Source: Neocallimastix sp. 'constans' (Eukaryota). From it: a stretch of DNA of 64,000 nucleotides. The stretch lies in assembly GCA_050613775.1 (NCBI GenBank), contig JBODTK010000153.1, positions 248,001 to 312,000 of the forward strand. Direction: 5' to 3'. The notes under the pieces are model-generated. The model searched no databases and was not told where the DNA came from. It was given only the letters and a program-made list of their open reading frames with translations. The position numbers were made by a program, and so were the translations under genes. This document shows positions 53,042 to 64,000 of the stretch, piece after piece. Position 1 is the stretch's first letter, and every line of letters begins with the position of its first letter.

Positions 53042-54252
53042 ATTATCATTTATTTTTTCTTTTCCTTTCCATGCTCTTATATAATATAAATATATGATAT
53101 TTAAATCTAAACTTCAATTTATTTGAACTAAAATTTAATTTTGAAGATAAAATAATTGTTTGTTATAAATTTATAAATATATTTGGAATATGAATAAAGA
53201 AAAATTTTTTACGGATTTTATTTAAATTTGTTAATTTTGAACTTTATTATAAAATTTATTAATAAAAAGTATATTTGATGATTTTTAAATAAATAGGAAA
53301 CAAAATTGAAATTATTATTAAAAAAAAAATTAACCATTCCAAAAGACATTAACTTTTTTTATAATAAAATAAAATAAATTTAAATGTAGAGTATAAATAA
53401 AATATAAAATAATAAAATAATAGATATTTAAATAAAACCTTCTTTTTTTTTCATTAAAATATAAAAAACTATACTACACATATACTACCAATATTTACCT
53501 AATCTATCTTTTTCGTTTTAAATTTTTATCTTTTTTTTTTATCATTTCTATAATAATTAATAATTTAAAAAACTATTATTAAAGTTTAAAATCATTAATT
53601 TCGTATATATTTAATATTAATACAAATATCATTTTATACATTAAACGCTATTAAATATAAATTTAGTTCAGAATATAATCAAAAATCTTAAATTTTTTTT
53701 TTTTAATTATTATAAATAATTAATTTGTTATTAGGATTTGAGTTTTATTTATATTAATCTAAATATATATATTACAATTGAATTATAATTTTTTTTTAAA
53801 CTTTTTCTTTAATATAAATAATTTGAATTTTGATTTTTCATTTTTATTTTTTTTTCTTTTTTTTTTTTTTTAATAATTAATTATAATAGTTATTATTATA
53901 ATTATTATATATTGTTTTAAGTATAATTTTAATATAAATCATAAAATTAAAGTTAGCAAATATTCAACATCATAAACATAATATTAAAATTATACAATAT
54001 ATAAAACAAAAACTATTAGGAATAAATACAAATATATTAACACTTTAATTAAAATAATAATTTTAAAAATAATTACCATCTCTATTATTACTATTTTAAA
54101 ATATCATTTAATAATTTATTATAATAAATTATAAAAATAAAAAAAGAAAATTTCAAATAATAAAATTTAATTAAAGCAAATACAATATAATTATTATATA
54201 TATATATATATATATAGATCATAATTAATTAAAAAAAATAGTATTATTAATA

Positions 54253-57200
54253 ATGCCTAATGCTCCAATAGCTCGTTTTTCAATAAAAAAATTTGTTAGT
54301 AAAGAAAAACTTGTAAATAAAAACTACGAAATAAAATCATTATTTAAAGATAAAAAAAGAGCTATTAAAGTTGATTATAATAATTGTAAATATGAAGTTG
54401 TTAAATATTGTACAAAAAGTTTTGGTTATCAACAATACAAGGAAGAAGAAGATGATGACTCTTGGACACTTTGTTGGATGGATACAGGAGTTTCAATTGA
54501 TCGAGTTTTATCAATGAAACCATGGCAAAAAATAAATCATTTTCCTGGAATGAATGAAATATGTCGAAAGGATTGTCTTGCTCGAAATCTTGGAAGATTA
54601 GCAAAAGTATTTCCAAAAGATTATAATTTTTCACCAAAAACATGGGTTTTACCATTAGAATGGAATGATTTTATATCTTATGCTAAACAAAAAAGTTCAA
54701 GAAAAAATACTTATATAGCAAAACCTGATGCAGGTTGTCAAGGAAAAGGCATAATTTTATTTAAAAAAGTCCCTAAAAGTCCCAAAGAATTGTTTTTGGC
54801 TGCCACAAATGCAAAGCATCATAATATTATAAATAATGTTGTAGTACAAACTTATATTAATAATCCTTTGTTAATCGATGGTATGAAGTTTGATTTAAGA
54901 GTGTATGTTTTAGTTCTTTCAGTTAGTCCTTTAAAAATATATATATATAAAGATGGTCTTGCCAGATTCGCAACAGAGAAATATATAAATCCAAGTCAAT
55001 CAAATGTTAAAAATGTAAAAATGCATCTGACAAACTATGCAATAAATAGAAAAAGTAAAAATTTCGATAGAGAAATAGGAGAAGGAAAAGGTTCTAAACG
55101 ATATATTACTGATGTTTTCCATGAAATTTCTACAATAAAAAAATACAATATTACAGTTGATGAGTTATGGGGTAAAGTTTCAGATGTTGTTATAAAAACT
55201 TTACTTACTATACAACCAATCCTTAGTCAGTCATGTAGTACTTGTCATAATGGTTTAAAAATGCCAACATCTCCATGTTTCGAAATATTAGGTTTTGATA
55301 TTTTATTAGATTCAAAATTAAAAGCCTGGCTTTTAGTATGTACAATTTCTAGTTAATAAAAAATGTTATTAAAAAAATAAAGAAAAAAATAATAATAATA
55401 AATTAATGATAAAATAAATATTAATTATTAAGAAATTATCATATTTCTAAATATTATTATTATTATTATCAATATAATAAATATAATAATTACTATTCTT
55501 TTTTTGTTTATAGGAAGTAAATCATTCTCCTAGTTTTTCATGCGACACTAAATTAGATTTTGAAATTAAGCGAGGTGTTATAGTTAATGCATTAAGAATG
55601 ATAGATTTTGATAATTTATTAAGAAGTAAGCTAAATAAAAAACTAAAAAATAGTATGACAAGAAAACAATTATCAATGTATGAATCAAATCATAATGAAA
55701 AAGAGTCAACAAATGAATTACCAAAAATTGAAAATACAGAAAATATTACACAAATAAAAAAGAAAAAAGAAGAGAAGAAAGAAAAGAAAGAAAGAAAAAA
55801 TAGTTACTCAGGACAATATAGTATATCAACGTTAAAAGACGAAAGCAAATCAATAACTAAAGATTTAGAAGGTATTGTTTTATACTCTAAATTAAAAGGA
55901 CCTCATAATTTAAATTCGTATTCAATATTTAATCAAACAAAAAAGAAAAAAAATTCTAAGGAAATGAAACTTCAAAAAAGAATAATAGATAATCATGCAA
56001 GTAATAGTATAGCTTCAGAAGTATATCTTGGAAAAGCATTGCCTCAAATAAAGAAAAATAAAATTTTTAATAATAATACAAATGTTGAGTCTTCAAATAA
56101 AACATCTAAACTAGAGAATAACCAAGAAAAAAGGAAAGAACATGAAAATTCTAAATCATTTAATGATGAAAAAAATATAAAATATAAAAATTATAATAAT
56201 AATAATAATAATGGAGATAATAATAGTGATAATAAAAACATTAATGATAAAAAAAATAAAAATATAGAAAATGGTATTGATTATAATAATAATGAAAAAA
56301 ATAAAATAGATGATTATGAATTAGAATCAAAAGATAAACTTAAATTAGATGATGAAGATGAGGATCAAGAAAAAGATATTTTCGAAGACCATGATTTTAT
56401 GTATATTCTAAAAAACAAAAAAGAATACACAGTAGAAGAAGTTTTAAAATTGCAAGATATTTATGAAAATGAAAATAAGGGAGATTATTATAAAGCATAT
56501 CCATGTGATGATCAAGAAAAAATGAAAAAATATAAATGTTTCACCCAATTGACATCCAAAAATCTTAACACAAATACCCTAACAACAAAAATTAGACTAG
56601 AATATTTGAAAAAGAAAAAAGAAAAAGAAGAAGAGGAAGAAAAAAAGAGAATTTTATGGAAAAAGAAAGTTAAACAAGGATACTTCATTGGAAGATATAA
56701 AATTAATAGAAAAGAAGAGAAAAGTATGTATGAAAGATTTAAAGGAGCACTATATAAAGTTAATAATAGTATTAATAGAAATAGAATTAATAAATATTCT
56801 GAATCATTATCAAGTTCACGTCATTACACAAGAATGGCTAATATAAGGAACCTTTCATTTGATCTTAATGATAATAATGATAATGAAGATGATACTTCAA
56901 GTCCTTTTTCAATCTATAAAAATAACTCAAATATTGATGCTTTACCAAGTCATCAAGTAATAAATAAGAATATAAAAGAAACTCTTTTAGATAATACCAA
57001 TAGTATATTTAAAATTAATTATCCATATGATATAACCAATTCCTCATTTAATAATTTCAAAGATATGAAAAATAATGTATCAAATAAAAATAGTATATTA
57101 TATATTAATGGAAAACAAATTAACTTTGAAAACGATAAAGAAAATAACCCTTATTTTAAATATGTATTATTAAAAAAAGATGATTCTCTGCGGTGTCAAT

Positions 57201-57283
57201 CAGCACCATCATTAAGTAAGCAACAATCTTTAATATCAAAAAGATTAAAAACCTATGATATATTGTTTGAAAATTGTAATTGA
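54253..57283 (+). CDS. Tubulin polyglutamylase, TTLL6/TTLL13-like; exons 54253-55335 and 55514-57283
   Basis: QKINHFPGM, YIAKPDAGCQGKGI, KFDLRVYVLV, GLARFAT, MHLTNYAIN, FEILGFDILLD. The intron joins WLL|EVNHSPSF in frame. Confidence 0.93.
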
Positions 57284-57773
57284 TTGTTTAAATACATCAA
57301 TCAATTATATGTAAATATATATATATATATTTAATCATATAATTATTTATAATTTAATAATTATTTATTGCTTATTTGTTTATTTATGTTTTTATTTTTT
57401 ATATTATTTTTTTTTATTTTTATTTATATTTTATTTTTATTAAAAAAAGTATTTGTCATTATCTAAATATTTGTTTATGTTTATAACATTTATATTTTTA
57501 ATTTATAAATTAGTAAAAATAATATACAAAAAGAAAAATAATTAATACTTTTGTTTCAGTTATTTATCAAAAAATAATATTTATTATATGTTATATAAAA
57601 TTATAACTAATTACAATTAGAATAATATAGAACTAAATACTTAGAATGAAAAAATAACATAATAACATAAGATTAAGATATAAAAAGGATATAAATTAAA
57701 TTTAATAAAATAATATATTTTATTATAATAATAATTTACAAAATAAAAAAAAAAAAAGTATATATTATTAATT

Positions 57774-57832
<59 letters not shown>

Positions 57833-57930
57833 AATATCTCTATTATTATTATTATTATTATTATTATATTATTATTATTATTATTATTATTATATTATTA
57901 TTATTGTTGTTATTATTATTATTATTATTA

Positions 57931-58004
<74 letters not shown>

Positions 58005-58423
58005 ATTTTTTATATCTTTTTTATCATTAAATGATTTAGAATTTCTTGATTATTTTCTAGTTTATATGCTTTTAGTGAACTATCCTTTAACATAATTTTA
58101 AATTTTTGAAATAAATTATGTTCATATAATCATTTAATAACATTAATCTTTTATTAAATTTGATTGGGTTATAAATAATAATTTATTATAAAAAATATAC
58201 ATTAAAATATATATTTTTATTAAAATAAAATAATAAAATTTTTGAAAGTTAAACTTTAAATATGATTATTTATTTAAATTTAAATGTATTAAATATTTTT
58301 ATTTTAATTTAAATTTTGAAAATTTATTATATTTCAATTTTAAAATTTGGCTTTTTTTAAATCAATTATTGTTTTATTCCTATTTAATAAATAATTTTAT
58401 ATTTTTATATTATAAGTAGAATA

Positions 58424-60352
58424 ATGTTATATAATCTCAACTTAACAAATCAAAATTTAACTAATAATAATCAAATCCTATTAGGAAAATTAAATCCATC
58501 TAATCAATCTACAGTATTCACTATTGGAGCAAGAGATGCGGAAGATACCAATAATAAAGAAAAAATAAAAAATAAATTATCAAATTTTACTTGGAAAGAA
58601 ATTCCGGAATCTTGGAAATCTTTTATAGAAAATTCATTTGATATTTTTATGGATCTTCATAATAATCAAGTTCTTATTGAAAATGATTTTACTAACGATA
58701 AAACAAATTTATTAAATAACTATAGTAAAGAATATCGAGAAAAGATAGAAATCGAAAAACAAAATAATCTAAATGATGATGACAAAAAAATGTTTAATGA
58801 ATTTTATTGTATATTTCAATTATATGAAATTTTATATTTAAATGAAAATATTAATAATAATATATCAGATTTATTATCAAAATGGTTAACAGAAAATTTT
58901 TATAGTATTACTACAAATGATGAAAAAATACTGAAATCAAGCAACCCTTTAAAAGAAAAAGAAGATTGGAATTTATTATTAAAATGTATATTAAATATTA
59001 ATAAATATAAAATTAAAGCATTAACCATTCTTCAAAAATATTGTTTAAATAATTCATTATTTAATAAAAATTCAGTATTTGAAAAATTAGTTGAAGTTAT
59101 TAATTCGATGCCAAATGTTATTGATTATCCAAAATATGAAGAATATAAAAAATCATGGATCAGATGGCAAAGTAAAGTAAAAATCATATTTAAAGAATCA
59201 AATTACATGGTTCCAAGTAATATAAATTTTAACTTTGATATAGAAAGTTATTGTAATAAAATTTTTGGTATATTATCAGGAGATATAGAAAGTATTGTTT
59301 CATCATCTGATTCATGGAAGCAAACCATAGTTTCAATTATTTATTTCAATCTACCAGAAATTAAAATTTCTGATATCAAATCATTATTTGTGTATTGTAA
59401 AGATTGTAAAGATAGTATGGACTCTACTTTATTGGATTCTATATTAGTTTCATTATTTAAAGAAGATTTAAGTACTTGTGTTACTTTATGTACAAAATAT
59501 AATTTCTGGTGGCTTGCAACACATTTAGCTGATATGATGACATATCATTATAAATTTGAAGGTTTAAAGGATTATGATTGTGATCTTGCTAGTTGGTTTA
59601 AAATAAATTATGCTGATTCATTAGGACTACAAAACGATAATTGGGAAATTGCATTAGGTTACATCAGTACTTGTCCAGATAATATTAAGGAATCATTAAA
59701 AACTGAATTAATTAATCATATTCCATTAAATTCAGAAGTTAAAGTAAAGAAACTTATTCAGAATTGTAAAAAATATAATTTAAAAAATGTCATTATTGAT
59801 ATTCATAAGACACTCGGTATGAAGGAATACAATAAAGGAAATTACGGAGAAGCTATTAAACACTACATGGAAATCAATGATTCTTATAGAATTTCATTTA
59901 TATGTAATATCTTAATGACACAATATATAGAAAAAGGTGACTTATCACAGCTTAATTTTATAGATTCAATAAATCAAAAAACTTTATATAATAGTAAAAT
60001 TAATTTCTTAGCGAGATACAAACAGTTCCATGAATTATACAAAAAAAAACAATATAGTAAAGCTGGTTCACTACTTATTCAACTATTAACAAGCGAAATT
60101 GCCCCAAAAGCTTTTTGGAGTATTATTTTAGTTGATGCTATTCCATTATTAGAAAGTGAACAAATTATATTTAATTCATCCAATACGTATGAACTTATGC
60201 GATGTTTGGAAGAAATTACAACCAGTCATAGAAGAAATGAATATTTAGAAGCATTAAGTAAAAAAGTCAAAACAGAACAAGAATTAGAAGAATTAATAAA
60301 TGTAATAAGAATTGCTCTTGTTAGAAATATTGCTAGAACTAACGCATTAATG

Positions 60353-60358
<6 letters not shown>
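58424..60358 (+). CDS. NUP85: Nucleoporin Nup85-like
   Basis: 644-aa intronless ORF with ILSGD..SWKQ, WWLATHLAD, WEIALGY..C, FLARYKQFH, APKAFW..LVDAIPLLE and TYELMRCLEE, typical of Nup85. Confidence 0.85.
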
Positions 60359-60390
<32 letters not shown>

Positions 60391-60781
60391 TCTTTTTTAT
60401 TATTTAATCAATATATATCTATATATTAATATTAAAATATAATAAAATAAAAAATAAAAAATAAATAAATAAATAAATAAAGGACAAAATAATAATAATA
60501 ATAATAATAATAAAATTTTAAAAATATATATTATGTAAACTAATAATAAATATTATTAATAATTTTATTTATATATGTATTAACCACCAAAATATATCAT
60601 TCATTAAATTAAAATTTTTATAAAATATAATTTTAATTATAAAAAAAATAATATTATTTATTTATTTTATTTAATTATTTATAAAAAAGATTTACATATA
60701 ATAATAATACAATAATATGTGAAAAAGAATAAAAAAATGATCATTTAGAAAAAATTCACTGTATTAAATTTAATCAGTTAA

Positions 60782-60886
60782 ATGATTGGTTTTTTATTTT
60801 AATTATTAAAATATGATTGGTTTATTTTAAAAAGAACAGACTATTATTTAAATTTTTGATTAATTAAACTTTATACCTCTCTCTCA
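60782..60886 (+). promoter_or_regulatory. RPS23 promoter: two reverse CCAAT boxes and a pyrimidine tract
   Basis: ATGATTGGTT at 60782 and 60813; CCTCTCTCTC at ~60877, just before the ATG at 60906. Confidence 0.45.
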
Positions 60887-60905
60887 AAACGAACACTATA
60901 TAAAA

Positions 60906-62182
<1,277 letters not shown>

Positions 62183-62366
62183 GTTGTATCAATTATATTG
62201 TATGTTCTTTTTATCGATACAATGCAATAAAATAATTTATTAAACAAAAAAACATATATTATCCATATTATTGTATTAAAGCAATTTTAAACTAAATTAT
62301 TTTTTCATTTTTGACATGTTTTAATTTAATTTAAAAATTTATAATTCGAACAAAAATTTGGAAAAT

Positions 62367-62410
<44 letters not shown>

Positions 62411-62739
62411 ATAAATAATGCACAATACGAATAATAAATTTTTAAGCAAATTACTGTATATAAATAAACTTAAGTTTAATATTTTTGTTTAATTATTATT
62501 TATTCTTTTTTAATTAAAATTGTTGGATTTATGATTAATTTTAATGCTATTTGACAAAAGATATTAAAGTCTACAAGAAAAAAAAAAAAAAAAAAAAGAA
62601 AAGATATTTAAAAGTATATAAGAAAAGAAAAAAGTGATAAATAGTAATACGTTTCGTTAAGAAAATCCATAACTAATTAAAAAAATGTAAAATATTAAAT
62701 AATATCTTTTTAAGTTTTTATTTTTTTATATTTTGATAT

Positions 62740-63402
62740 ATACTTGTCATCAGTAGCTCTCTTGAGTTACTCTATTATTGATTCATTAGAAAATATTTCG
62801 CAAGCAAGAATTTCCACATCTAAGAAGTTTATTTGCTTCTCTGGTACCCCTTTGAATAGATAGTTTAATCTTTCCTTGTTACTAAGCTTATTATTTATTT
62901 TTTTTTTTTTTAACTTTTGTAGGTTGTTAATTCATCAATATATTTCAAGGTTTTTACATTGCTTTCTCAGCCTTCATACTTTCTAACTTTCTGAAGAGCT
63001 TTTAGTACCTCATTGATTTCTTCTTCATGATACGTATTCTTGAGTACTTCCACTACTAAATATGTAAAATTCTTTTCTTTCTTTTTGCATCTGACCAAGG
63101 ATTTTATATTTTATTTTTTATATCCATTAAAAAGTTTAGAATCTTAAAATTGTTCATTTTGTGTTCTTTAATTTTTCTTTTACCTTCCTCAGATAAGGTA
63201 CCCTTTCACTCTGTCATTTTTAATGGAATATTCAATTTTTGTTTCTTTTATATGATTATCTATATTTTTTTTTTTTTTTTTTTTCAGTGTACTCACTTAA
63301 TTCAGCTCCTTGGAGTTCTAAAATGAAGTCTTTGTATCATTTATTGTAGTTGTCCTCAATCAGGATTCCATTCTATTTAGAATTATTTGTCATTTCAGTC
63401 AT
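62740..63402 (-). pseudogene. Degenerate Copia-like gag remnant
   Basis: Broken minus-strand frames LIEDNYNK..KDFILELQGAELSEYTE and LSNKERLNYLFKGVPE resemble Copia gag; many stops. Confidence 0.5.
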
Positions 63403-64000
63403 CTTATAGATATATTTACTATTACTAAAATCATTTAATAAATTAATATTATATATTAATTACTAAATTATATAAGAAATATTTTAAATATCAATTCCCT
63501 AATTCCTAATATTAGAAATTAGGGAATTAATATTATTAAAAATATCATCTTTTTAGATAAAATTATTATTAAAAAAAAAATGATAATAACTCAATTTTTT
63601 AGATATGAAATAATTATAAAATTTTTAAGTTTAATATATATTGATAATCAGATACATTTTTTTAAAATAAAAACTTGGGTTGCTTCGGTATAAATATACA
63701 ATTATAAATATATCTTTTTAAATAAATTTTAATAAAATTATATATTTATATAGTTTATTATATAATATACATATATACATATATATTATTTAATTAACAA
63801 TTATTCCTTATAAACCTTTTTAATTGAGAAATAGAAAGAAATAGAAATAATAATTTTAATTTAAAAAACAGAAAAGAAAAAAAAAAAAAAAAAACATAAT
63901 TAAATTTTAATAATTCATATTATAATTTATGTGACATAAATAATAAAAAAAAAATATATATATATATATATATTTAAAAATACTTTTATATATAAAAAGT

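Overview
Extremely AT-rich eukaryotic DNA with GT-AG introns and poly-Asn tracts. Composition plus a TTLL6-like tubulin glutamylase suggest a zoosporic, probably anaerobic gut fungus (Neocallimastigomycota); this is inference. Bases 1-31.5 kb and 42.7-48.4 kb are nested, decaying transposons. An 18-kb Copia element (243-bp LTRs, GTTTG TSD) has its gag split by an 11.3-kb Gypsy insertion (CCTCC TSD), and that insertion contains a second Gypsy whose pol has lost RT and RNase H in frame. There is also a solo LTR inside an integrase, four Mutator-like (MULE) transposase copies with MITEs, and a probable retroelement 3' end amplified into a satellite. Host genes are a Pho4/NUC-1-like bHLH factor, a fungal transcription-factor-like gene lacking its Zn2Cys6 cysteines, the TTLL6-like enzyme, Nup85 and RPS23. 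The most notable observations are: (i) a slippery heptamer plus H-type pseudoknot (-1 frameshift signal) shared by two diverged Gypsy elements; (ii) an intronless, secreted, Cys-rich gene with an in-frame TAG lying between MULE TIRs together with a transposase; (iii) an LTR with a tandem hairpin array and a tRNA-like T-arm/B-box at its end; (iv) Copia LTRs ending TG...AA. All calls were made by eye; no searches or folding computations were run.
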